NCBI GenBank assembly: GCA_032718475.1
Contig: JAUCBJ010003792.1
Location: forward strand, 1-39,669
Reading direction: 5' to 3'
Length of the DNA stretch: 39,669 nucleotides
Source: Nemertoderma westbladi
Taxonomy: Eukaryota; Animalia; Xenacoelomorpha
Shown: positions 24,401 to 36,469 of the stretch, piece by piece
Layout of the letters: each line of letters opens with the position of its first letter
Position numbering within the stretch: the stretch's first letter is position 1
The notes under the pieces: generated by a model
What the model saw: the letters and a program-made list of their open reading frames with translations, nothing else
Database searches by the model: none
Told to the model about the DNA's origin: nothing
Translations under genes and position numbers: made by a program

Positions 24401-27400
24401 ACGCTACAATAAGGTACAAACAGCTACAATAGGTACACACACGCTACAATAAGGTACACACAGCTACAATAAGGTACACACACGCTACAATAAGGTACAC
24501 ACAGCTACAATAAGGTACAAACAGTTACAATAAGGTACACACACGCTACAATAAGGTACAAACAGCTACAATAAGGTACAAACAGTTACATTAAGGTACA
24601 CACACGCTCCAATAAGGTACAGACAACTACAATAAGGTACAAACAGCTACAATAGGTACACACACGCTACAATAAGGCACAGACAACTACAATAAGGTAC
24701 AAACAGTTACATTAAGGTACACACACGCTACAATAAGGTACAAACAGCTACAATAAGGTACACACAGCTACAATAAGGTACACACACGCTACAATAAGGT
24801 ACACACAGCTACAATAAGGTACAAACAGTTACAATAAGGTACACACACGCTACAATAAGGTACAAACAGCTACAATAAGGTACACACAGCTACAATAAGG
24901 TACACACACGCTACAATAAGGTACACACAGCTACAATAAGGTACAAACAGTTACAATAAGGTACAGACACGCTACAATAAGGTACACACAGCTACAATAA
25001 GGTACAAACAGTTACATTAAGGTACACACACGCTCCAATAAGGTACAGACAACTACAATAAGGTACAAACAGCTACAATAGGTACACACACGCTACAATA
25101 AGGTACAGACAACTACAATAAGGTACAAACAGTTACAATAAGGTACACACAGCTACAATAAGGTACACACAGCTACAATAAGGTACACACAGCTACAATA
25201 AGGTACAAACAGTTACAATAAGGTACAGACACGCTACAATAAGGTACACACAGCTACAATAAGGTACAAACAGTTACATTAAGGTACACACACGCTCCAA
25301 TAAGGTACAGACAACTACAATAAGGTACAAACAGCTACAATAGGTACACACACGCTACAATAAGGTACACACAGCTACAATAAGGTACACACACGCTACA
25401 ATAAGGTACACACAGCTACAATAAGGTACACACAGTTACAATAAGGTACACACACGCTACAATAAGGTACAAACAGCTACAATAAGGTACAAACAGTTAC
25501 ATTAAGGTACACACACGCTCCAATAAGGTACAGACAACTACAATAAGGTACAAACAGCTACAATAGGTACACACACGCTACAATAAGGCACAGACAACTA
25601 CAATAAGGTACAAACAGTTACATTAAGGTACACACACGCTACAATAAGGTACAAACAGCTACAATAAGGTACACACAGCTACAATAAGGTACACACACGC
25701 TACAATAAGGTACACACAGCTACAATAAGGTACAAACAGTTACAATAAGGTACACACACGCTACAATAAGGTACAAACAGCTACAATAAGGTACACACAG
25801 CTACAATAAGGTACACACACGCTACAATAAGGTACACACAGCTACAATAAGGTACAAACAGTTACAATAAGGTACAGACACGCTACAATAAGGTACACAC
25901 AGCTACAATAAGGTACAAACAGTTACATTAAGGTACACACACGCTCCAATAAGGTACAGACAACTACAATAAGGTACAAACAGCTACAATAGGTACACAC
26001 ACGCTACAATAAGGTACAGACAACTACAATAAGGTACAAACAGCTACAATAGGTACACACACGCTACAATAAGGTACACACAGCTACAATAAGGTACAAA
26101 TAACTACAATAAGGTACAAACAGCTACAATAAGGTACAAACTCGCTACAATTAATAGGTACACACACGCTACAATAAGGTACAAACAGCTACAATAAGGT
26201 ACAAACACGCTACAATAGGTACACACATGCTACAATAAGGTACACACAGCTACAATAAGGTACACACACGCTACAATAAGGTACACACAGCTACAATAGG
26301 TACACACACGCTACAATAAGGTACACACAGCTACAATAAGGTACAAACAGTTACAATAAGGTACAAACAGCTACAATAAGGTACAAACTCGCTACAATAA
26401 GGTACACACAGCTACAATAGGTACACACACGCTACAATAAGGTACACACAGCTACAATAAGGTACACACACGCTACAATAAGGTACACACAGCTACAATA
26501 GGTACACACACGCTACAATAAGGTACACACAGCTACAATAAGGTACAAACAGTTACAATAAGGTACAAACAGCTACAATAAGGTACACACACGCTACAAT
26601 AAGGTACACACAGCTACAATAGGTACACACACGCTACAATAAGGTACACACAGCTACAATAAGGTACAAACAGTTACAATAAGGTACAAACAGCTACAAT
26701 AGGTACACACACGCTACAATAAGGTACACACAGCTACAATAAGGTACAAACAGTTACAATAAGGTACAAACAGCTACAATAAGGTACAAACTCGCTACAA
26801 TTAATAGGTACACACACGCTACAATAAGGTACAAACAGCTACAATAAGGTACAAACACGCTACAATAAGGTACACACAGCTACAATAAGGTACAGACAAC
26901 TACAATAAGGTACAAACAGCTACAATAGGTACACACACGCTACAATAAGGTACACACAGCTACAATAAGGTACAAACAGTTACAATAGGTACACACAGCT
27001 ACAATAAGGTACAAACAGTTACAATAAGGTACAAACAGCTACAATAAGGTACAAACTCGCTACAATTAATAGGTACACACACGCTACAATAAGGTACAAA
27101 CAGTTACAATAAGGTACAAACAGCTACAATAAGGTACAAACTCGCTACAATTAATAGGTACACACACGCTACAATAAGGTACACACAGCTACAATAAGGT
27201 ACACACAGCTACAATAAGGTACAAACAGTTACAATAAGGTACAAACAGCTACAATAAGGTACAAACTCGCTACAATTAATAGGTACACACACGCTACAAT
27301 AAGGTACACACAGCTACAATAAGGTACACACAGCTACAATAAGGTACAAACAGTTACAATAAGGTACAAACAGCTACAATAAGGTACAAACTCGCTACAA

Positions 27401-28170
27401 TTAATAGGTACACACACGCTACAATAAGGTACAAACAGCTACAATAAGGTACAAACACGCTACAATAGGTACAAACAGCTACAATAAGGTACAAACTCGC
27501 TACAATTAATAGGTACACACACGCTCCAATAAGGTACAGACAACTACAATAAGGTACAAACAGCTACAATAGGTACACACATGCTACAATAAGGTACACA
27601 CAGCTACAATAAGGTACACACACGCTACAATAAGGTACACACAGCTACAATAAGGTACACACAGCTACAATAAGGTACAGACAACTACAATAAGGTACAA
27701 ACAGCTACAATAGGTACACACACGCTACAATAAGGTACAGACAACTACAATAAGGTACAAACAGCTACAATAGGTACACACACGCTACAATAAGGTACAC
27801 ACAGCTACAATAAGGTACAAACAGTTACAATAAGGTACAGACAACTACAATAAGGTACAAACAGCTACAATAGGTACACACACGCTACAATAAGGTACAC
27901 ACAGCTACAATAAGGTACAGACACGCTTCAATAAGGTACAGATAGCTACAATATCTACACACACGCTACAATGAAGTACAAATAGCTACAATATATACAC
28001 ACACGCTACAATGAAGTACAAATAGCTACAATATATACAATACTCACACGCTACAATGAAGTACAAAGAGCTACAATAAGGTACAAACAGGCCACAATAA
28101 GGTACAAAGAGCTACAATAAGGTACAAAGAGCTACAATAAGGTACAAACGGCTACAATAAGATACAAACA
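18415..28170. repeat. Satellite array, 20-bp basic unit (20-24-bp variants), ~9.7 kb
   Basis: AAGGTACAAACAGCTACAAT and variants, interrupted once at 19541-19823. Confidence 0.98.
19666..19708 (+). ncRNA. Minimal type I hammerhead ribozyme (slightly degenerate) in a unique island within the satellite
   Basis: TACCA-CTGAAGA-CGC(gcgggaa)GCG-T-GAAA-TAGCTA-TA-TGGTA. 5-bp stem I, palindromic stem III, AUA triplet. Stem II register is off by one nt. Confidence 0.65.
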
Positions 28171-28747
28171 GGACACACACACGCAACAAAGAGCTGTACA
28201 AAAACCTCAAGCTGGTACAAAAATAGCTGCACCCCCAACACAAATAGCCATAGATATATATCTTAACAACCAAATTGCGCTACCACCACATATAAGAATG
28301 CTATGCCGGCTTATCGAAAAATTGCACCGCCAAAAGTCACTATATCCCATGACTTTCGTGAGATTATCCGCATCTTCAAGGCCGGCCAGTGTTGTTTATG
28401 TGGCTGCCAACGCACAATATTGTGCTGTGGTTGATCCTAATCTCATTTCATTGCCGGATTAACGCATCCGGTGGCTATAATTAAAATGGTAGGACCATAA
28501 TAAAATATGTAAAACAACAGCAAGTAAAACTGGTCAGACAATAATTGTGAACCAATAGAACGAGTTGAAACAATTGTGAAATCAAATATGTCCAATCAAT
28601 ACGGTACATGGACTCCTGTGGCTAAAATGGGATGACTAAATAATATATAACGGCGGGTAAAATAATAAATTAGATCAAACAATAAATTCAGCGATAGAAT
28701 CGAATAAAATAAAATCTAGTCTAAAATCTGATGCACATGACGCTAGT

Positions 28748-31700
28748 ACAGTTCAGTAATAGTCAGTTCAGTAATAGTCAGTTCAGTAATAGTCAGTTCG
28801 TCAGTTCAGTAATAAGTCAGTTCAGTAATAGTCAGTTCAGTAATAGTCAGTTCAGTAATAGTCAGTTCGTTCAGTAATAGTCAGTTCGTTCAGTAATAGT
28901 CAGTTCAGTAATAGTCAGTTCAGCAATAGTCAGTTCAGTAATAGTCAGTTCGTTCAGTAATAGTCAGTTCAGTAATAGTCAGTTCAGTAATAGTCAGTTC
29001 AGTAATAGTCAGTTCAGTAACAGTCAGTTCAGTAATAGTCAGTTCAGTAATAGTCAGTTCAGTAATAGTCAGTTCAGTAATAGTCAGTTCAGTAATAGTC
29101 AGTTCAGTAATAGTCAGTTCAGTAATAGTCAGTTCAGTAATAGTCAGTTCAGTAATAGTCAGTTCGTTCAGTAATAGTCAGTTCGTTCAGTAATAGTCAG
29201 TTCGTTCAGTAATAGTCAGTTCGTTCAGTAATAGTCAGTTCGTTCAGTAATAGTCAGTTCAGTAACAGTCAGTTCAGTAATAGTCAGTTCAGTAATAGTC
29301 AGTTCGGTAATAGTCAGTTCGTTCAGTAATAGTCAGTTCAGTAATAGTCAGTTCAGCAATAGTCAGTTCAGTAATAGTCAGTTCGTTCAGTAATAGTCAG
29401 TTCAGTAATAGTCAGTTCAGTAATAGTCAGTTCATTAATAGTCAGTTCAGTAACAGTCAGTTCAGTAATAGTCAGTTCAGTAATAGTCAGTTCAGTAATA
29501 GTCAGTTCAGTAATAGTCAGTTCAGTAATAGTCAGTTCGTTCAGTAATAGTCAGTTCGTTCAGTAATAGTCAGTTCGTTCAGTAATAGTCAGTTCAGTAA
29601 TAGTCAGTTCAGTAATAGTCAGTTCGTTCAGTAATAGTCAGTTCGTTCAGTAATAGTCAGTTCGTTCAGTAATAGTCAGTTCGTTCAGTAATAGTCAGTT
29701 CGTTCAGAAATAGTCAGTTCGTTCAGTAATAGTCAGTTCGTTCAGTAATAGTCAGTTCGTTCAGAAATAGTCAGTTCAGTAATAGTCAGTTCAGTAATAG
29801 TCAGTTCGTTCAGTAATAGTCAGTTCGTTCAGTAATAGTCAGTTCGTTCAGTAATAGTCAGTTCGTTCAGTAATAGTCAGTTCAGTAATAGTCAGTCAGT
29901 TCAGTAATAGTCAGTCAGTTCAGTAATAGTCAGTTCGTTCAGTAATAGTCAGTTCGTTCAGAAATAGTCAGTTCGTTCAGTAATAGTCAGTTCGTTCAGT
30001 AATAGTCAGTTCGTTCAGTAATAGTCAGTTCAGTAATAGTCAGTTCAGTAATAGTCAGTTCAGTAATAGTCAGTTCAGTAATAGTCAGTTCAGTAATAGT
30101 CAGTTCAGTAATAGTCAGTTCGTTCAGTAATAGTCAGTTCGTTCAGTAATAGTCAGTTCGTTCAGTAATAGTCAGTTCGTTCAGTAATAGTCAGTTCGTT
30201 CAGAAATAGTCAGTTCGTTCAGTAATAGTCAGTTCGTTCAGTAATAGTCAGTTCGTTCAGAAATAGTCAGTTCAGTAATAGTCAGTTCAGTAATAGTCAG
30301 TTCGTTCAGTAATAGTCAGTTCAGTAATAGTCAGTTCGTTCAGTAATAGTCAGTTCGTTCAGTAATAGTCAGTTCGTTCAGTAATAGTCAGTTCGTTCAG
30401 TAATAGTCAGTTCGTTCAGAAATAGTCAGTTCGTTCAGTAATAGTCAGTTCGTTCAGTAATAGTCAGTTCGTTCAGAAATAGTCAGTTCAGTAATAGTCA
30501 GTTCAGTAATAGTCAGTTCAGTAATAGTCAGTTCGTTCAGTAATAGTCAGTTCGTTCAGTAATAGTCAGTTCGTTCAGTAATAGTCAGTTCAGTAATAGT
30601 CAGTTCAGTAATAGTCAGTTCGTTCAGTAATAGTCAGTTCGTTCAGAAATAGTCAGTTCAGTAATAGTCAGTTCAGTAATAGTCAGTTCGTTCAGTAATA
30701 GTCAGTTCAGTAATAGTCAGTTCGTTCAGTAATAGTCAGTTCAGTAATAGTCAGTTCAGTAATAGTCAGTTCGTTCAGTAATAGTCAGTTCAGTAATAGT
30801 CAGTTCGTTCAGTAATAGTCAGTTCGTTCAGTAATAGTCAGTTCGTTCAGTAATAGTCAGTTCGTTCAGTAATAGTCAGTTCGTTCAGAAATAGTCAGTT
30901 CGTTCAGTAATAGTCAGTTCGTTCAGTAATAGTCAGTTCGTTCAGAAATAGTCAGTTCAGTAATAGTCAGTTCAGTAATAGTCAGTTCAGTAATAGTCAG
31001 TTCGTTCAGTAATAGTCAGTTCGTTCAGTAATAGTCAGTTCGTTCAGTAATAGTCAGTTCAGTAATAGTCAGTTCAGTAATAGTCAGTCAGTTCAGTAAT
31101 AGTCAGTTCGTTCAGTAATAGTCAGTTCGTTCAGAAATAGTCAGTTCGTTCAGTAATAGTCAGTTCGTTCAGTAGTAGTCAGTTCGTTCAGAAATAGTCA
31201 GTTCAGTAATAGTCAGTTCAGTAATAGTCAGTTCAGTAATAGTCAGTTCAGTAATAGTCAGTTCGTTCAGTAATAGTCAGTTCAGTAATAGTCAGTTCAG
31301 TAATAGTCAGTTCGTTCAGTAATAGTCAGTTCAGTAATAGTCAGTTCAGTAATAGTCAGTTCAGTAATAGTCAGTTCAGTAATAGTCAGTTCAGTAATAG
31401 TCAGTTCAGTAATAGTCAGTTCAGTAATAGTCAGTTCAGTAATAGTCAGTTCGTTCAGTAATAGTCAGTTCGTTCAGTAATAGTCAGTTCGTTCAGAAAT
31501 AGTCAGTTCAGTAATAGTCAGTTCAGTAATAGTCAGTTCAGTAATAGTCAGTTCAGTAATAGTCAGTTCAGTAATAGTCAGTTCAGTAATAGTCAGTTCG
31601 TTCAGTAATAGTCAGTTCAGTAATAGTCAGTTCAGTAATAGTCAGTTCAGTAATAGTCAGTTCAGTAATAGTCAGTTCAGTAATAGTCAGTTCAGTAATA

Positions 31701-34298
31701 GTCAGTTCGTTCAGTAATAGTCAGTTCGTTCAGTAATAGTCAGTTCGTTCAGTAATAGTCAGTTCGTTCAGTAATAGTCAGTTCGTTCAGTAATAGTCAG
31801 TTCGTTCAGTAATAGTCAGTTCGTTCAGTAATAGTCAGTTCGTTCAGTAATAGTCAGTTCAGTAATAGTCAGTTCGTTCAGTAATAGTCAGTTCGTTCAG
31901 TAATAGTCAGTTCGTTCAGTAATAGTCAGTTCGTTCAGTAATAGTCAGTTCGTTCAGTAATAGTCAGTTCGTTCAGAAATAGTCAGTTCAGTAATAGTCA
32001 GTTCAGTAATCGTCAGTTCAGTAATAGTCAGTTCAGTAATAGTCAGTTCAGTAATAGTCAGTTCGTTCAGTAATAGTCAGTTCAGTAATAGTCAGTTCAG
32101 TAATAGTCAGTTCGTTCAGTAATAGTCAGTTCGTTCAGTAATAGTCAGTTCGTTCAGTAATAGTCAGTTCGTTCAGTAATAGTCAGTTCGTTCAGTAATA
32201 GTCAGTTCGTTCAGTAATAGTCAGTTCAGTAATAGTCAGTTCGTTCAGTAATAGTCAGTTCAGTAATAGTCAGTTCGTTCAGAAATAGTCAGTTCAGTAA
32301 TAGTCAGTTCAGTAATAGTCAGTTCAGTAATAGTTAGTTCAGTAATAGTCAGTTCAGTAATAGTCAGTTCGTTCAGTAATAGTCAGTTCAGTAATAGTCA
32401 GTTCAGTAATAGTCAGTTCGTTCAGTAATAGTCAGTTCGTTCAGTAATAGTCAGTTCGTTCAGTAATAGTCAGTTCGTTCAGAAATAGTCAGTTCAGTAA
32501 TAGTCAGTTCAGTAATAGTCAGTTCAGTAATAGTCAGTTCAGTAATAGTCAGTTCAGTAATAGTCAGTTCGTTCAGTAATAGTCAGTTCAGTAATAGTCA
32601 GTTCAGTAATAGTCAGTTCAGTAATAGTCAGTTCAGTAATAGTCAGTTCAGTAATAGTCAGTTCAGTAATAGTCAGTTCGTTCAGTAATAGTCAGTTCGT
32701 TCAGAAATAGTCAGTTCAGTAATAGTCAGTTCAGTAATAGTCAGTTCAGTAATAGTCAGTTCAGTGTTCGTTCAGAAATAGTCAGTTCAGTAATAGTCAG
32801 TTCAGTAATAGTCAGTTCAGTAATAGTCAGTTCAGTAATGGTCAGTTCGGTAATAGTCAGTTCAGTAATAGTCAGTTCGTTCAGTAATAGTCAGTTCAGT
32901 AATAGTCAGTTCAGTAATAGTCAGTTCGTTCAGTAATAGTCAGTTCGTTCAGTAATAGTCAGTTCGTTCAGTAATAGTCAGTTCAGTAATAGTCAGTTCA
33001 GTAATAGTCAGTTCAGTAATAGTCAGTTCAGTAATGGTCAGTTCGGTAATAGTCAGTTCAGTAATAGTCAGTTCGTTCAGTAATAGTCAGTTCAGTAATA
33101 GTCAGTTCAGTAATAGTCAGTTCAGTAATAGTCAGTTCAGTAATAGTCAGTTCAGTAATAGTCAGTTCAGTAATAGTCAGTTCAGTAATAGTCAGTTCGT
33201 TCAGTAATAGTCAGTTCAGTAATAGTCAGTTCAGTAATAGTCAGTTCAGTAATAGTCAGTTCAGTAATAGTCAGTTCAGTAATATTCAGTTCAGTAATAG
33301 TCAGTTCAGTAATAGTCAGTTCAGTAATAGTCAGTTCAGTAATAGTCAGTTCAGTAATAGTCAGTTCAGTAATAGTCAGTTCAGTAATATTCAGTTCAGT
33401 AATAGTCAGTTCAGTAATAGTCAGTTCAGTAATGGTCAGTTCGGTAATAGTCAGTTCAGTAATATTCAGTTCAGTAATAGTCAGTTCAGTAATAGTCAGT
33501 TCAGTAATAGTCAGTTCAGTAATAGTCAGTTCAGTAATATTCAGTTCAGTAATAGTCAGTTCAGTAATAGTCAGTTCAGTAATAGTCAGTTCAGTAATAG
33601 TCAGTTCAGTAATAGTCAGTTCAGTAATAGTCAGTTCAGTAATAGTCAGTTCAGTAATAGTCAGTTCAGTAATAGTCAGTTCAGTAATAGTCAGTTCAGT
33701 AATAGTCAGTTCAGTAATAGTCAGTTCAGTAATAGTCAGTTCAGTAATAGTCAGTTCAGTAATATTCAGTTCAGTAATAGTCAGTTCAGTAATAGTCAGT
33801 TCAGTAATAGTCAGTTCAGTAATAGTCAGTTCAGTAATAGTCAGTTCAGTAATAGTCAGTTCAGTAATAGTCAGTTCAGTAATAGTCAGTTCAGTAATAG
33901 TCAGTTCAGTAATAGTCAGTTCAGTAATATTCAGTTCAGTAATAGTCAGTTCGTTCAGTAATAGTCAGTTCAGTAATAGTCAGTTCAGTAATAGTCAGTT
34001 CAGTAATAGTCAGTTCAGTAATATTCAGTTCAGTAATAGTCAGTTCAGTAATAGTCAGTTCAGTAATAGTCAGTTCAGTAATAGTCAGTTCAGTAATAGT
34101 CAGTTCAGTAATAGTCAGTTCAGTAATAGTCAGTTCAGTAATAGTCAGTTCAGTAATAGTCAGTTCAGTAATAGTCAGTTCAGTAATAGTCAGTTCAGTA
34201 ATAGTCAGTTCAGTAATAGTCAGTTCAGTAATAGTCATGTTCAGTAATAGTCAGTTCAGTAATAGTCAGTTCAGTAATAGTCAGTTCAGTAATATTCA
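28748..34298. repeat. Satellite array, 15-bp unit with 19-bp variant, ~5.5 kb
   Basis: AGTAATAGTCAGTTC and AGTAATAGTCAGTTCGTTC interspersed. Confidence 0.98.
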
Positions 34299-34637
34299 AG
34301 TCATGTTCAGTCGTTTCGTGATGAGTGAGAGATTGTATTTACCGATACAACTATAGATACAAACATTGAAAAAACAGTAAATACCTATTTAATTATAGGT
34401 ACTAATAAAAAATACAAAAAAGGGTGAATATGCCGCCAACATCAGGGACCAATTAATAGAGAAACGGTTTTGATTACCTTAAATTTGATTAGTTAAAACT
34501 TAAAAGAAACAATTAGGCCTTACCTTTCTATTTCATAAATTAATATGCGTAATTACTGTATATAATCAATTAATAAGTAGAAAAATTAATATCACTATAA
34601 ATATTGCAGTGAGAATAAATTGTTTAGTAAAATATTA

Positions 34638-35678
34638 TTACAGTTTCAATACGGGGGCGTTGGTGTTGGCTGTATCGCCATCTACCGGTGGATCTGCGCA
34701 CAATGCGTTCAATCCCATGATTGTAAGTAGCAATAGAATGTGCTCATGGAATACGGTGTTGATTGGCCAATGGGGTTGATTCTCGCGCGCGGTTGGCCAA
34801 TCACAGTAGAGCAAATATAACCGCGCGGAAATTACCATGACGACCACGACTATTAGTCTCCGGGTTGTGGATCCCGGCGTAGGATTGGTTGTAGCCATGA
34901 CAACGTAAGTGATGATGGCCCCAAGGAGCCAAGTTCTGGTGTCAGATATCTGGGGGATATCATAGAGCCAGTAGTGGAGAAATAAATAGCCAATCAGATG
35001 CGAGAACATCTCCATGCCTGAAACAGTTAAAAACCAACGATTGGTTGGTTTTCTCCCACTAAATATATCTTCTATCATTCTATCTGTGTAACTAACCAAT
35101 AAGAGGGTCAGAACGAATAGGAGGGAAGGATTATTTAACGTCCATTGGTTGTAACCCCCATATAGAAGCCACGTCCAAAGGAGAACCACATTAGCCAATG
35201 AGACGTCAATTACCTTATTTGGATTGATTAATGAAATATTTCCTATTTTTAGTTCAGTGGGGCTGATGACAACTGTGTAATATATAAAAGGTAGTGAAAT
35301 TATGGTAATAAATAATAGAAAGTTAAATATCAATTTTAAATAACCGGAAGTGCCTTGCGATTGGGTGGAGTCGTGAGTGGTTGCTAGGTAACTCAATACA
35401 ACTCCAATAATAAACTGTTCTACTATTCGCAACGACACCATGGGGTAGCGAAAGGTGGTTAATTGACCAATAGCGACGCTGAAAATACGACAGACTAGGA
35501 AAACCAGTATCACTCGTTGCCAGGGAACACTGAATGGCAGTTTATCTGTTTCTTTGAGATAAGCAGTGGTCAAGTTGTATATCACTAACAAGTAGAAACT
35601 CAAGGTAACGGCATGGCTTGTCCGTTTAATTATTCGAAATGTCTTCTTCTCTACAGAGTCGCCAAAATATGCCTCCAT
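34638..35678 (-). CDS. Intronless 346-aa multi-pass transmembrane protein of unknown family
   Basis: 1041-nt ATG-to-TAA ORF in non-repetitive DNA, higher GC than its AT-rich flanks, GTAATGG start context, roughly 8-10 hydrophobic segments by eye. Confidence 0.85.
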   Translation of the reverse strand: MEAYFGDSVEKKTFRIIKRTSHAVTLSFYLLVIYNLTTAYLKETDKLPFSVPWQRVILVFLVCRIFSVAIGQLTTFRYPMVSLRIVEQFIIGVVLSYLATTHDSTQSQGTSGYLKLIFNFLLFITIISLPFIYYTVVISPTELKIGNISLINPNKVIDVSLANVVLLWTWLLYGGYNQWTLNNPSLLFVLTLLLVSYTDRMIEDIFSGRKPTNRWFLTVSGMEMFSHLIGYLFLHYWLYDIPQISDTRTWLLGAIITYVVMATTNPTPGSTTRRLIVVVVMVISARLYLLYCDWPTARENQPHWPINTVFHEHILLLLTIMGLNALCADPPVDGDTANTNAPVLKL

Positions 35679-36469
35679 TACAAATTATTTCAGTTTAATT
35701 AAATAAATAGATAAATAAACACCAACAATACTAAATTATGTAGGCCTACAGTAGAGTGTCAATACTGTACTGTACCGTACTGTAGACTGTACGTTTAATA
35801 ACGATCGTAAAATGTGAGGGTAAAATACCTCTTAAAATAACCAAATAATCTGGTAATAAACATTGACAAACGGAAACATTTACATACCCATTTAACACTA
35901 GGGTGCTGAGGTAATTAGTTCATTTAATTCCTCAGTCAAAGTCGTTAATATTTTGTTCAAATTTCATATGAATTTTAATATATTATATTATATGGGCCTA
36001 GAGTCAGTGTAGATAGTGTAAATACAAATTTCAGTCAAACTCCAGAAACCTTGGATTTGTCCAGTTGGATTTTGTGAACATACAATATAGCTGCTCAGCT
36101 GACACATTGAAGGCAATTAAATCATTGACGCCAATAATCATATCCAATCAGAATGTCCGGTATCAATTGATACTGCCAGCACAACCCGGAGGCCGGTAAT
36201 ATAATATTGTTAGTAGTGTTGCTATGCGACAGGATTTGGGGATTGTTATTGTAGCCATAAATTAATGATCTGATTATGAATTGGACAGTACTTTTTCACC
36301 ACAATATGTAATCATATTAATCAACTTGGTAATCATATTATATGAAATGTGGAACACATAGTGTTGAAACGCCTAGAGAAAATTAGTACGTGGAATGTTT
36401 GCAACAGAGAAAAATAATTTGCGAAATTCAGTATTTTCAGTGGATGGACATTTTTATGTCACCTTTCAC

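Noticed and set aside
28346-28382. Possible fourth hammerhead on the minus strand (TTGAAGA-TG...C-GAAA-GTC)
   Set aside because: Stems I and II are mismatched and stem III is incomplete. At best a decayed remnant.
33432-34247. 271-aa and 100-aa ORFs (SSVIV/SNSQF/TITEL repeats)
   Set aside because: Translations of the 15-bp satellite. The unit length is a multiple of 3 and frames break wherever 19-mers occur.
36035-36195. Open 161-nt segment between TTTCAG and GTAAT as the next PDZ-gene exon
   Set aside because: Open only in phase 0 whereas exon 18376 ends in phase 1, and no homology recognised. It could belong to another transcript.
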